Part shown: positions 1-9,845 of the stretch, in pieces
Layout: each line of letters starts with the position of its first letter
Position numbering within the stretch: position 1 is the first letter of the stretch
Source: a bacterium
Lineage (GTDB): Bacteria > Patescibacteriota > Minisyncoccia > Moranbacterales > DUUL01
Length of the DNA stretch: 64,000 bases
Reading direction: 5' to 3'
Assembly: GCA_018675685.1 (NCBI GenBank)
Contig: JABGXP010000007.1
Location: 49,283-113,282 of the forward strand
The notes under the pieces: model-generated
The model's input: the letters and a program-made list of their open reading frames with translations, nothing else
Told to the model about the DNA's origin: nothing
Database searches by the model: none
Program-made: the position numbers and the translations under genes

Positions 1-6
1 ACAGCA

Positions 7-42
7 AAAGCCCCGTTTTTCCTTTTGGAAAAACGGGGCTTT
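7..42 (-). terminator. Intrinsic terminator ending the pilin cluster
   Basis: 16-bp perfect stem AAAGCCCCGTTTTTCC/GGAAAAACGGGGCTTT with a 4-nt loop, just past the stop of 59..436. Confidence 0.85.
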
Positions 43-58
43 AATATTGAAAATTCCT

Positions 59-436
59 CTAGCGCAAAAGAGCATCAATTGTATTGATCAACACCAACGC
101 TCCACCGACTGCAGCAACGCCAGTAACAGAGTAGATAAAAGCTTTCTTTGCCCCTTCAGCTTTATAGGGGTCTCCCATTGAAGTTAGATATTGAATTCCT
201 GTTACAACAAAGGCTATTACAGCGAGTAACATAAAGATCCCAAGTAGCCATGCCATGAAATTAAGGACAACTTGCACAACCGGACCTTGACCCGTTGTGT
301 CGGTTACATTTGGCAGACCAGTACCTGTTGGGATTGTTATTCCTGCAGCAGAAACACTGGCGGCTGAAAAACCAACAAGCCCGAAACCGAAGACAATAAA
401 CAATAAGAGTAGCAGTGTAGAAGTTATTTTTTTCAT
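59..436 (-). CDS. TrbC/VirB2-like pilin (CPR pilin)
   Basis: Signal peptide ending VSA-A, then two TM helices joined by G-x-x-Y-L-T-S-x-G-D..AKK..YSVTG. Confidence 0.8.
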   Translation of the reverse strand: MKKITSTLLLLLFIVFGFGLVGFSAASVSAAGITIPTGTGLPNVTDTTGQGPVVQVVLNFMAWLLGIFMLLAVIAFVVTGIQYLTSMGDPYKAEGAKKAFIYSVTGVAAVGGALVLINTIDALLR

Positions 437-471
437 AAGATTTCAATGGTTATTTTTTGCAAATTATATAA

Positions 472-867
472 TTATCCTTCTGTTTGGACTAGCCCTGACA
501 TTAAAGTGCTGACGAATGTTATGACAACATAGCCAGAGATTCCAACTGCAACGCCAATCGTTGCATACTGAACATATTTTTTAGCAGTAGCAGCTTGTTG
601 AGCGTCGCCGCCTGTCGTTAGAAACATCATACCAGCCAAAACAAAAGCAATCACACAGATAAAAGTAAAAATAAGTAGCAACCATTGCAACAAAACAAAG
701 ACAACCACCTGGACCTGATTTTCTGGAAGAGCTGAACCATCTCGCGCAAGGTTATAGCCTACTTGCCAACCAGCGGCTGCTGACGCAGAAGGGATTTGTA
801 CCAAGAAAAGAAATAAGGGCAAAAAGCAGACCATTGTTGCTAGGATTGTCTTGGTTATTTTTCTCAT
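472..867 (-). CDS. TrbC/VirB2-like pilin
   Basis: Signal peptide (ASA-A), TM-GMMFLTTGGD..AKKYVQYATIG-TM; paralog of 1327..1722. Confidence 0.8.
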   Translation of the reverse strand: MRKITKTILATMVCFLPLFLFLVQIPSASAAAGWQVGYNLARDGSALPENQVQVVVFVLLQWLLLIFTFICVIAFVLAGMMFLTTGGDAQQAATAKKYVQYATIGVAVGISGYVVITFVSTLMSGLVQTEG

Positions 868-869
868 AA

Positions 870-1229
870 TTATATTATAAAATGTTTAATAGTATTTATC
901 AAAAGATAGCCTATAAGAGAAGATATTATTCCTACAACGGAGGCAATAGAAATTTTACGAGCAGAGTTTAGCATTGACTCACTGCCCCCTGCGATTATAA
1001 ATCGAATACCAGCAACAATTAATCCAATAATAGAGACTAGAAAGAATATTCCCAAAAAAATATTAATAGCACCAATGGTAGTGTTTAATGTCTTTAATCC
1101 TTGCTGTGCGAATGTTGATGGAACTTCACGTTCTTCTTCGACAATAAATTGAGCAGAAACTAAAAGTGGAGAAGTGAGAATGCTTAATAAAAAAAAGGTT
1201 GAAGCTATTTTTTTTATATTTTTTTTCAT
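870..1229 (-). CDS. TrbC/VirB2-like pilin
   Basis: Signal peptide (VSA-Q), TM-AGIRFIIAGGSE..ARKI..SVVG-TM. Confidence 0.75.
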   Translation of the reverse strand: MKKNIKKIASTFFLLSILTSPLLVSAQFIVEEEREVPSTFAQQGLKTLNTTIGAINIFLGIFFLVSIIGLIVAGIRFIIAGGSESMLNSARKISIASVVGIISSLIGYLLINTIKHFII

Positions 1230-1255
1230 TTTTAAATTTAAGAGCTATTTTCTAA

Positions 1256-1307
1256 ATTATAGCAATTAAAATAAAAAATAACAAACTATAAATAGCTTGT
1301 TATTTTT
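1256..1307 (-). promoter_or_regulatory. Overlapping terminator hairpin and sigma70 promoter inside the pilin cluster
   Basis: Hairpin AAAAAATAACAAACTAT/ATAGCTTGTTATTTTTT; on the minus strand TTGTTA-17nt-TATAAT with extended -10 TG. Confidence 0.6.
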
Positions 1308-1326
1308 TATTTTTGAAGAGAACCTA

Positions 1327-1722
1327 CTAGCCTTCTTGCTGTACTTGTCCGCCAATCATAGTAGAAATGAATGTAGTCATAACGTAACCTAGAAGAGCAA
1401 CAATGATACCAATAATGGAGTAAGTAAGCCACTTTCTCGCTTCGTCTGCTCGATCTGATCCTCCAGCTGTGATGTACATAATACCAGAGATTACGAATCC
1501 CATAACAGCTAAGAATGTCAAAATTAGAAGCAACCACTGCAGGATAGTGAAAATAATTTGAGCAACACTCGTATTATTTAATCCAGTGGAAGCCATATTT
1601 CGATTAATTTGCCAACCTCCTGTACCTCCAGGAGCTGCTGCTGCTGCTTGAACAAATACTGGAACCATCATGAGCCCTAGTGCAACACTAAACGCTAAAA
1701 AATGTTTTTTTGTTAATTTCAT
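1327..1722 (-). CDS. TrbC/VirB2-like pilin
   Basis: Signal peptide (VQA-A), TM-SGIMYITAGGSD..ARKWLTYSIIG-TM. Confidence 0.8.
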   Translation of the reverse strand: MKLTKKHFLAFSVALGLMMVPVFVQAAAAAPGGTGGWQINRNMASTGLNNTSVAQIIFTILQWLLLILTFLAVMGFVISGIMYITAGGSDRADEARKWLTYSIIGIIVALLGYVMTTFISTMIGGQVQQEG

Positions 1723-1797
1723 ATTTTCACCCGTCTTTCTAGTATTATTTTTTTATATTATGATATGTATCTATCTTTTTTTGTTTGAGTCCTCTCG

Positions 1798-2430
1798 TTA
1801 GGTCAATAAGAGGATTATTTGTCTTACTATTATCAGTGCGGCACCAGCTATTGCAATTCCACCAAGGGAATATTTAACAGCTTCTTTAGCTTTTTGTGCC
1901 TGTGAACTGTCACCAGATGCTAACAGATATAATAAGCCACTAATTGTTAAACCTATTATACCAAGGATGCCAGTGATTGACAAGAGAAAGGTTAAAACCC
2001 TTCCTATGATGGCTATAAGCGTTGGTGCAGCAGCGATATCCGTTGGAACCGCAGCATTTACATCGCCATAAACCGAGAATTTAATTTGGTATAAAAAGGA
2101 AGGTCCAGCACCGGCAAGCACAAGACCGATGATTGCGCTAGTAACGCATACTTTACCCGCGGTAGCCATTGCCTGACTTCCTCCAGCCGTCATGTACAGA
2201 ATTGCTCCGATAACAATAAACATAACTGCCAGAAATGCTATTATTCCTTGCAAGTGTAGCATCACTTCTTCAAAAAAAGCCGTTATGCTGTCTGAAATAA
2301 GGAGGGGATTATTTAAACCACCTCCATCTGCTGCGGAGCTATATGTACCAGCTAGAGCAAAGTGAGAAGTTAAAAACAAAAAAGACAGCACAATAAACGC
2401 TAGGGAGGTTGGGTGAATCATTTTTTTCAC
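1798..2430 (-). CDS. Tandem double-domain TrbC/VirB2-like pilin
   Basis: Two repeats of the pilin hairpin: GAILYMTAGGS..GK..SAIIG and GLLYLLASGDS..AKEAVKYSLGG. Confidence 0.75.
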   Translation of the reverse strand: MKKMIHPTSLAFIVLSFLFLTSHFALAGTYSSAADGGGLNNPLLISDSITAFFEEVMLHLQGIIAFLAVMFIVIGAILYMTAGGSQAMATAGKVCVTSAIIGLVLAGAGPSFLYQIKFSVYGDVNAAVPTDIAAAPTLIAIIGRVLTFLLSITGILGIIGLTISGLLYLLASGDSSQAQKAKEAVKYSLGGIAIAGAALIIVRQIILLLT

Positions 2431-2508
2431 TTTTTTGTTTTGACTAAAGACTTATTTGATACTAGTAAGTATAGCACAAGTTTTTTATTTTTTAAATTTT
2501 TTGAATAG

Positions 2509-4116
2509 CTATTCTATTTCAGGACTTATATAAACTACACTGAAATCATCAGCATAAATCTCTTTCCAGTTTTTTTCTAAATATTCTCTCAGGGTGTCTG
2601 TTCCTTCAAAGTCTTTGATATCAACAGAAAAGAGATATTTAAGAATAAATTTTTGATAACTCGGCAGAGAGTCGGCAACTGAACGTTCTTGAGAAAGAAG
2701 AGCTATTTTGATATCATATTGAGTCAATTTTTCTTTCGTTAGAATAGCGTCTTCTCTGAATAAATGGTACTCCTCTATAAAAGAGGTTCCATCTGTTAAT
2801 GGTTTTTGTGGCATTCTTCCATCAATAAAGTGCAGTTTTTCTGGCCACATCCACACTAAGTACCCCCCCCAGCCATATTTATTATAGATATTGTAAGGAT
2901 GTAATTGTTTGTTTTCTTTTAAAAATGCGACTGCCTTGTATGGAGCCATTGGGGTGTTTTGAATCAAAAGATTTTTTGGAACAGTGGAAGCGTATACTAA
3001 TTTATTACATATAATAGGTAGTGCGATTATGCATACAATGATCCCAAAATATTTTTTGATTATTTTCCCATCGAGCATTTTTGAGATTGCAAAGATGGCG
3101 AAAGGAAATGAGCATAAAGCAAACATTGAGATGAAACGACGAGATTTAACTGAAATAAGTAACGTAAAAATAACAAAAATAGAATAAAGCAAAACACTAG
3201 GTTTTTTAGGTAGAGTCTTAAGAATCAGGGATATTAAGAAGACAAAAATAATCAGGGATAAATAGAAAGTAGCATACCACTCAATGTAGGGGGCTGCATA
3301 CAGAGGAAGCCATTCGAATATTCTAACTAGATAAGAAGTGTTTTGAGTATACTCACCAGCAATTAATTTCCATAGTTCAATCCCATAGGGAGTCAGTAGT
3401 GTTGAAAAAATTGTTAAAAATCCAGCAATGGTTATTTTGACACGCAATACCTTTTCTTTGTTTTTGTAAAATAAAAAAGCGAGCAGCAGCAAGGAAATAG
3501 CAAGGCCCAAAACAAATGTTCCATGCAGATTTGCCCATAAACAGAAAAGAACGGGGAATGCCCATAAATATTTTAATTTACGCTCTTTTTCTATTTTAAA
3601 ATAAAGCCAAAAACACAAAACAAAAAAAAGCCAAGTCATAACTTGCAAGCGAATTCCATATGAACGCAAGAGAGCAAGTGTCGCGAGAGTTGTAAAAACT
3701 GTGTTAAGGAAGAAAAAATCCCAACGAGGAAGTTCGGCGACAAAATATTTACGATTTATTTTAGCAACTAAACTGACTGTCCCGAGAGCTATTAATGCAA
3801 AGATGATGCCTAATGACCAATACCCAAAGTTTCCAAAAAAACTATAGATATTAAAAAGCAAAAGATTGCTCAACCATTCATGATCAACCCAATGTTCTCC
3901 GAGAGTAGGGAATAGATATTTCTCGATGGAAGGCACTTGTCTTGTGATTGATATTTCTTCACCAACTCGAAGATGCCAAGCAAAGTCAGGGTCAAGATTT
4001 TGAATTCCTGTTACAAAAAATGTCAAAAAAATCGCGCTCCAAAATAAAATATTGGAAACTAAAAAAAGTTTGTCCCCATTTATTTTTGAGGATAATTTTT
4101 TCAAAGTTTTTTTCAT
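2509..4116 (-). CDS. Multi-TM GT-C-like glycosyltransferase (putative)
   Basis: About 11 TM helices; DPDFAWHLRVG in the first external loop, W-x-D-H-E-W-L, LWANLHG, WGGYL, FIDGR motifs; likely start ATG 4116. Confidence 0.6.
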   Translation of the reverse strand: MKKTLKKLSSKINGDKLFLVSNILFWSAIFLTFFVTGIQNLDPDFAWHLRVGEEISITRQVPSIEKYLFPTLGEHWVDHEWLSNLLLFNIYSFFGNFGYWSLGIIFALIALGTVSLVAKINRKYFVAELPRWDFFFLNTVFTTLATLALLRSYGIRLQVMTWLFFVLCFWLYFKIEKERKLKYLWAFPVLFCLWANLHGTFVLGLAISLLLLAFLFYKNKEKVLRVKITIAGFLTIFSTLLTPYGIELWKLIAGEYTQNTSYLVRIFEWLPLYAAPYIEWYATFYLSLIIFVFLISLILKTLPKKPSVLLYSIFVIFTLLISVKSRRFISMFALCSFPFAIFAISKMLDGKIIKKYFGIIVCIIALPIICNKLVYASTVPKNLLIQNTPMAPYKAVAFLKENKQLHPYNIYNKYGWGGYLVWMWPEKLHFIDGRMPQKPLTDGTSFIEEYHLFREDAILTKEKLTQYDIKIALLSQERSVADSLPSYQKFILKYLFSVDIKDFEGTDTLREYLEKNWKEIYADDFSVVYISPEIE

Positions 4117-4148
4117 TAGAAAGATTTTTGAAAGATAGTAATAGTTTC

Positions 4149-4778
4149 TTAACTCAGCAGAGCCAATACTTGCTTGATAATCATCAAAGAAGCACCAGAG
4201 ACACAAACTGCAATAATCGAGTATGTGACAACTCTTTTTCCACTGTCAGCCTTTGTTTGGTCGCCTCCTGAAGTGATATACATAATACCTCCGATAATAA
4301 AACTGATAACAGAGGACACGCCCACCAGTACTAGGAGAAATTGCATTACGTCGGTCACAATTTCTTGGATTGTTTTAGCACCTGAAATTGCCGTAGGAGG
4401 ACCTCCACCAGCACCAAGGGTTGCGATGTCTTTGACCTCTTTTAGAAGTGAAGGTGCTGCGACTGCAACAGCAAATCCAATAAGAGATGTTAAGACAATA
4501 GCTTTCCCTTTTGCTGTTTGAGCCGGTGATCCTCCTGAAGTTACATAAACTAGTCCACCAATAATAATCATAACCACTGCAAGCCAACCGACAATACCTT
4601 GGATTTGTACAAGTAAATTTCCAAACCAACCAGAAAAACTGGTGACAGTCAAAGGATTCGTGTAGCTGTGGGTGTTGTTAACAGCAAGGGCTGAATTAAG
4701 CTCAAAAATGTTCGAGTTTAAGGAGAGAGGTAGACAGAGGACTATAGCTAGAAAGCATACAAAAAATAAAGATCTCAT
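4149..4778 (-). CDS. Tandem double-domain TrbC/VirB2-like pilin
   Basis: Two pilin repeats (GGLVYVTSGGS..GK; GGIMYITSGGD..GK..YSII); NPL motif shared with 1798..2430; likely start ATG 4778. Confidence 0.75.
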   Translation of the reverse strand: MRSLFFVCFLAIVLCLPLSLNSNIFELNSALAVNNTHSYTNPLTVTSFSGWFGNLLVQIQGIVGWLAVVMIIIGGLVYVTSGGSPAQTAKGKAIVLTSLIGFAVAVAAPSLLKEVKDIATLGAGGGPPTAISGAKTIQEIVTDVMQFLLVLVGVSSVISFIIGGIMYITSGGDQTKADSGKRVVTYSIIAVCVSGASLMIIKQVLALLS

Positions 4779-4803
4779 GTTGTTATTTTTAAAAATAATT
4801 ATC

Positions 4804-5346
4804 CTAGTCAAAATCACTTGTAATTTCACAAGTGAACTCGTACCAATTAGAACCAGCGCCAATTCCAATAGTCCCAGCTGTGTTTGCAGAAAGGAATACA
4901 AGGATTGTATAAACAAACATCCAAGCAAGAATAAAACCAGCAAATCCCATTAATGTTTTTGTTATTACCCCCTTTGCAAAACTTGCTGTTCCAGGATTTC
5001 CGGCTGATAATAAATAAACAACCCCGCTAATCGTCAGCATCAACAAGGCAATAATAATTATCCAAGCAAACATTAAATCGAAGATGTTTTTTACCATAAT
5101 AAGCAGGTGACAAAGTGTGCAATTTTGGGTTTCATCGTATGGTGATGATGTTCTAGTATCATCACATGTTCTGCCACAGGGAACAATGGATCTTTTAAAG
5201 GTTAATATATCAATTCCGGCCAGTCCCTCACTTGGTTGAGCTGCAGTACAGGGAGCAGCACTAACTGTTTGAACGTTGAGAGTGAGAAATAATCCAAAGG
5301 AAAAAGCAAGAGTAAAAACAAGTGCTAAAAATTTCATTTTTATCAT
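4804..5346 (-). CDS. Cys-containing TrbC/VirB2-like (minor) pilin
   Basis: IVPCGRTCD..CTLCHL N-domain, TM-SGVVYLLSAGNP..AK..MG-TM, C-terminal WYEFTC. Confidence 0.7.
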   Translation of the reverse strand: MIKMKFLALVFTLAFSFGLFLTLNVQTVSAAPCTAAQPSEGLAGIDILTFKRSIVPCGRTCDDTRTSSPYDETQNCTLCHLLIMVKNIFDLMFAWIIIIALLMLTISGVVYLLSAGNPGTASFAKGVITKTLMGFAGFILAWMFVYTILVFLSANTAGTIGIGAGSNWYEFTCEITSDFD

Positions 5347-5374
5347 AAAATTGGTTAATGATTGTCTGTATTAG

Positions 5375-6715
5375 TTATTTCCAAATTGCTTTCAACCTTG
5401 CGGCTGCTCGATCAAGAGCATCTTTTACACTCGACTCTCCTCCTGAAACTTCATCTATTGCATCTGCCAAGATGTCATCAGCAGCCACCTCATCTGGGAC
5501 CACCCAGGATTTAGCTGTCAATGCTTGCTCGGCAAATAAACCTCGAAAAGCTTCCTTTTTTTGTTCCTCAATTAAATCTTTTCGAGCTGCAATTTTATTT
5601 GTTCGGTCTAGATATATTTTTGTTGGATCATTTCCTGAACCAGCTGACTTAGTCGTGAGGAAGGAAATGTATTTCCAAGCTTCACTAACTCTATCTTTGT
5701 TGGTATACCTTGCATCTGCAGGAATATTTTTGCTTTTTGCGACTGCTAGACCCCAGTAGTTAGCGAAGTTAACCTTGTTATCAAGATTTAGCTGAGGCAC
5801 TGGAGCAATCTCAAAGTTTAATTTTGGAGCGGATTTTTTCAACTGATCATATTTATAAGGGTACCCAATAATCATAGCCACTTCACCATCCTGGAATGCA
5901 TCATCAGAATAGTGCATTTTGTTACTCCAGGTATAGACATCTAAATCAGCTTTCGCAAATTGTGTATAGAAATCAAGAGCATTTACCCCGGGATCCACGC
6001 TAGTATCTGAAGCAGAAAAATCTATTGAATCGCGATTGCTCAAATTAGCTCCATTTTGTAGCATCATTAAAATAAGAATATCAGACGAACGATTGATCGC
6101 ACCAGGAGCTTTTGATCTTCCAAGGGCTATTGCTGATTGAGTAATATTACCAAATTCATCAATCTTAGTTAGAGCTTTTGTTTGTTTTTTGACTTCATCC
6201 CAAGTTTTAGGTGGAGCAGTGATTCCAGCTTGATTAAGGGAGTGTTTATTGTAGTAGAGAGCCAGTGTGTCGCAGTATAAAGGTAGTGCAAAAACCTCTC
6301 CTTCTTTGAAAAAATCCTGACTAACAACGTCCACGAAATCATTTTTATGCTTTGTCAAAAATGATTCACTGTTTGGCATCGCTGCAATTTTATTTTCATG
6401 TTTTTTGAGCCATGAATTACTAAAATAAAAAGCATCAGGTCCATTTCCACTAGCAAAAGCATCAATCAGCTCTTTTTCAAATTCCCGTGGATTGCTGGCT
6501 ATTTTTTTATAGATAACTTTTTCAACCCTTGGATTGCTCCCGATATAACCAGTGTTGATATCAGCAAAATTACCAGAGTCATCAAAAACACCCCAAATCT
6601 CCAGTGTTAGTTTGTAGGGAATCACCGTTCCTTTGTCACCACAACCAGAAAATAAAAAAGGAGTTAATGTTAAAATTGACACCAGTAAGAAACCGGTTAT
6701 TCTTCGATAATTCAT
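5375..6715 (-). CDS. Extracellular solute-binding lipoprotein (sugar-binding family 1-like)
   Basis: Lipobox LFSGC; GNGPD, ALPLYCDTLALYYNK, PPKTWDE, FQDGEVAM motifs; likely start ATG 6715. Confidence 0.8.
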   Translation of the reverse strand: MNYRRITGFLLVSILTLTPFLFSGCGDKGTVIPYKLTLEIWGVFDDSGNFADINTGYIGSNPRVEKVIYKKIASNPREFEKELIDAFASGNGPDAFYFSNSWLKKHENKIAAMPNSESFLTKHKNDFVDVVSQDFFKEGEVFALPLYCDTLALYYNKHSLNQAGITAPPKTWDEVKKQTKALTKIDEFGNITQSAIALGRSKAPGAINRSSDILILMMLQNGANLSNRDSIDFSASDTSVDPGVNALDFYTQFAKADLDVYTWSNKMHYSDDAFQDGEVAMIIGYPYKYDQLKKSAPKLNFEIAPVPQLNLDNKVNFANYWGLAVAKSKNIPADARYTNKDRVSEAWKYISFLTTKSAGSGNDPTKIYLDRTNKIAARKDLIEEQKKEAFRGLFAEQALTAKSWVVPDEVAADDILADAIDEVSGGESSVKDALDRAAARLKAIWK

Positions 6716-6792
6716 TTTGATTTTTATTTTATTATGTAAGTAGAATTGTTGCATAGTTCAACCCACTACAACTTTACATTTTTCTATTTTAA

Positions 6793-6830
6793 ATTATAGC
6801 ATTAACAAAAAAACAAGGCAATTAGCCTTG
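6793..6830 (-). promoter_or_regulatory. gyrA terminator overlapping the promoter of the SBP-pilin operon
   Basis: CAAGGC/GCCTTG stem plus U-tract on minus; TTGCCT-17nt-TATAAT with TG extension. Confidence 0.65.
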
Positions 6831-6864
6831 CTCCTTTGAGATGTCTAATCATTTCGAAAAGGGT

Positions 6865-9339
6865 TTAGATTTTCATTACCGTTGACGCTGAAACCTTCTC
6901 ATCTTTTTTAAGTTTCATTATTCTAACACCCTGAGTTGCTCTATTAAGAACAGAGATGCTTTGTACTGGAACCTTAATAATCTGTCCTCTATTAGAACTT
7001 GTTATTAAATCTGCTTCAACGTCATTTGCTATGATATGTGCTGCAGAAATTTTGCCAGTCTTATTTGTTATATTCGCTGTCATAATTCCAGAACCACCCC
7101 TTGTTTGAAGTTTGTATTTGCTAATTGAAGTTCGTTTTCCGTAACCATTCTCTGTGATGATTAAGAATTGTTGTTTTTTTGTTTCTTCTTCACTGACAAC
7201 ATTCATTCCAACAACCTGGTCATCACCCTTGAGTTTAATAGAACGAACACCCGCAGCATTTCTTCCCATTGGCCTAACATTTTTTTCAGGAAATTTAATC
7301 GATTGAGCATTTTTTGTGCAAATGACAATATGATCTTCACCAGAGGTTGTTCCTACCCATTTCAAGGAGTCACCCTTAGTTAATCCAATTGCAATCAGCC
7401 CAGTTCTTCTTACATTTGCGAAATCTTGCAAAGCTGTTTTTTTGATTTTCCCAAGAACTGTTTGCATTATCATGTATTTTGCTTTGGAGTTTTTTTGGAT
7501 GGCTAGGATTGAAGTTATCTTTTCTTCAGGTGAAACTTGCAAGAAATTTACAATTGCATGACCCTTGCTTGTTCTTGAAGAAAGAGGGATTTCATAGGTT
7601 TTTAAACAAAACACTTTTCCAGTATCCGTAAAGAAAAACAAGTCATCATGAGTTGTGATTCCTAACACTTTATCTACAGCATCTCCTTCTTTAATTGATC
7701 CACCAATAACTCCTTTGCCACCTCTTTTTTGAGATTTAAATGTAGTTGGGTGCAGACGTTTGATGTAGCCATCTTCAGTCAAGCTTATAATTGTGTCTTC
7801 GTTGGGTATAAGATCTTCTTGTGAAAAATCCCCAACAGCACCCTTCATAACCTTTGTTTTTCTAGGAGTCCCAAACTTTTCCTTTAAACTGATTAATTCT
7901 TCGGAAACTATAGCAAGAATTTTTTTAGAGCTTTTTAAAAGTGTTTCGAGTTCTGAAATTAATTTTAACTTTTCTTTTAATTCGTCTTCAATTTTTTTCC
8001 TCTCCAACCCAGACAATGTCTGTAGTTTCATTTCCAAGATAGCAACAGTTTGTTTATCGGAAAGGCTAAAGTTTTTCATTAAATTAGTATGAGCCTCTTC
8101 CTTATTTTTTGATTTTTTGATTGTTTTAATGATTTCATCAATAAAATCAAGAGCTTTTTTTAGACCCTCTAAGATATGGGCTCGATCTTTCGCTTTATTC
8201 AATTCGAATTGTGTTCTTCTGGTGACAATGTTTTGTCTATGAATCACAAAATGCTCGATAATTGCTTTTAGATTTAGAATTTTTGGGTCACTCCCATCTA
8301 CAAGTGCTAACATGTTGAAATTAAAATTCTTCTGTAGCTCTGTCATCGAATATAACTTGTTCAAAGTCTTTTTTGGAAAAGCATCCTTTTTAAGATCAAT
8401 AGCAATTCGCACCCCGTCCTTATCTGATTCATCTCGGATGTCACGAATACCATCAAGCTTCCCCTCCTTAACAAGATTCGCAATTTTAATAATCAAATTT
8501 GACTTATTAGTCTGGTAGGTGATTTCTGAAATGATAATTTGGAACCTTCCTTTTTTATCTTCAACGATGTCAATTTTTGCCCTCGTTACAATTCCACCGC
8601 GTCCAGTTGTGTATGCTTCAATAATATCTCCTTGATTGTATATTACTCCAGAAGTAGGGAAGTCAGGACCCTTGATGTGATTTTTTACCAGCTCCTCAAT
8701 TGAAATATCGGGATTTTCAATGTATGCATTAATGCCGTCAATAACCTCTGATAGATTGTGAGGTGGAATATTAGTAGCCATTCCAACAGCAATCCCCGTT
8801 GTTCCGTTAACTAATAATTGAGGAAGTTTTGAAGGAAGGTAGGAAGGTTCTTTTCTTGAACCATCATAGTTATCAACCCAAGGCACGGTCTCTTTGTCTA
8901 TGTCTGTTAGTATTTCGGATGAAAGTGCAGCCATTTTAGCCTCCGTATAACGCATTGCAGCAGGACTATCGCCATCCATTGAACCAAAATTTCCTTGGCC
9001 GTCAACTAATGGATCTCTAAGTGAGAAATCTTGAGCCATTCGTACCATTGCCTCATAAACAGAACTATCACCGTGCGGGTGATATTTACCAAGAACCTCA
9101 CCTACAACAGTTGCACTTTTTCGATATTTAGCGCTATGTTTCAAACCAAGTCGCCACATTGCATAAAGAATCCTTCTTTGTACTGGCTTTAGACCATCTC
9201 GTACATCCGGGAGAGCTCTGGAGACGATTACACTCATTGCATAAGAGAGATATGATTCCTCCATCTCCTGGGTAATTGGACGATTCTGAATTTTCCCAAT
9301 ATCACTGTTGTTTTCCTTGTTTTCCTGTTCCTTCTCCAT
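6865..9339 (-). CDS. gyrA: DNA gyrase subunit A
   Basis: [32 protein letters not shown], GyrA-box QKRGGKG. Confidence 0.98.
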   Translation of the reverse strand: MEKEQENKENNSDIGKIQNRPITQEMEESYLSYAMSVIVSRALPDVRDGLKPVQRRILYAMWRLGLKHSAKYRKSATVVGEVLGKYHPHGDSSVYEAMVRMAQDFSLRDPLVDGQGNFGSMDGDSPAAMRYTEAKMAALSSEILTDIDKETVPWVDNYDGSRKEPSYLPSKLPQLLVNGTTGIAVGMATNIPPHNLSEVIDGINAYIENPDISIEELVKNHIKGPDFPTSGVIYNQGDIIEAYTTGRGGIVTRAKIDIVEDKKGRFQIIISEITYQTNKSNLIIKIANLVKEGKLDGIRDIRDESDKDGVRIAIDLKKDAFPKKTLNKLYSMTELQKNFNFNMLALVDGSDPKILNLKAIIEHFVIHRQNIVTRRTQFELNKAKDRAHILEGLKKALDFIDEIIKTIKKSKNKEEAHTNLMKNFSLSDKQTVAILEMKLQTLSGLERKKIEDELKEKLKLISELETLLKSSKKILAIVSEELISLKEKFGTPRKTKVMKGAVGDFSQEDLIPNEDTIISLTEDGYIKRLHPTTFKSQKRGGKGVIGGSIKEGDAVDKVLGITTHDDLFFFTDTGKVFCLKTYEIPLSSRTSKGHAIVNFLQVSPEEKITSILAIQKNSKAKYMIMQTVLGKIKKTALQDFANVRRTGLIAIGLTKGDSLKWVGTTSGEDHIVICTKNAQSIKFPEKNVRPMGRNAAGVRSIKLKGDDQVVGMNVVSEEETKKQQFLIITENGYGKRTSISKYKLQTRGGSGIMTANITNKTGKISAAHIIANDVEADLITSSNRGQIIKVPVQSISVLNRATQGVRIMKLKKDEKVSASTVMKI

Positions 9340-9514
9340 AATTAGTCGTTAATTTTTTTCTTTAAATTGTTTTTTGTAGTCACAAACAAAAGTTGCGAAA
9401 GAATCTTCTTCTTTCGCTGTTTCTTTCGCTAGACTTATCAAGAAAAATTTTCAAAACCTTTAATTAGTTTATAAAAATTTATCTCGATAAGTCTGTATAT
9501 ATTTTAATATGCAG

Positions 9515-9820
9515 CTATCTTCCCAGGAATTTATCCCAAAGTGATTTTTCTTTCTCTATTACATTGACGGAGGCAGCCATATCTTGCTTCGAGAGTTCAG
9601 TTGTAACGCTGTCACCGTTTTGTCTGATAGAAGGAAGACTATTTCTAAATTCCCCAGATTGTTGGTTGTCAGAATTAATAAGAGCAAAAGTTGATTGACG
9701 AACGTTGTACCCAGCAATCAAAAGCCAAGCAGAAACAACAGCTACTCCGACTACGAAAGTTGCAAAAATAGCAACGTTTCTTCTATAAGACTCTGGCTTT
9801 TCTAGAATTTGATCCAACAT
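9515..9820 (-). CDS. Hypothetical single-TM protein
   Basis: ATG-started ORF with an N-terminal TM helix, co-oriented with neighbours. Confidence 0.65.
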   Translation of the reverse strand: MLDQILEKPESYRRNVAIFATFVVGVAVVSAWLLIAGYNVRQSTFALINSDNQQSGEFRNSLPSIRQNGDSVTTELSKQDMAASVNVIEKEKSLWDKFLGR

Positions 9821-9845
9821 AATTTTGTTTTAAGGGTTTATTTTT

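Noticed and set aside
59-5346. Conjugative T4SS/ICE
   Set aside because: Only pilin-like genes next to core gyrA; no VirB4, coupling protein or relaxase in the window.
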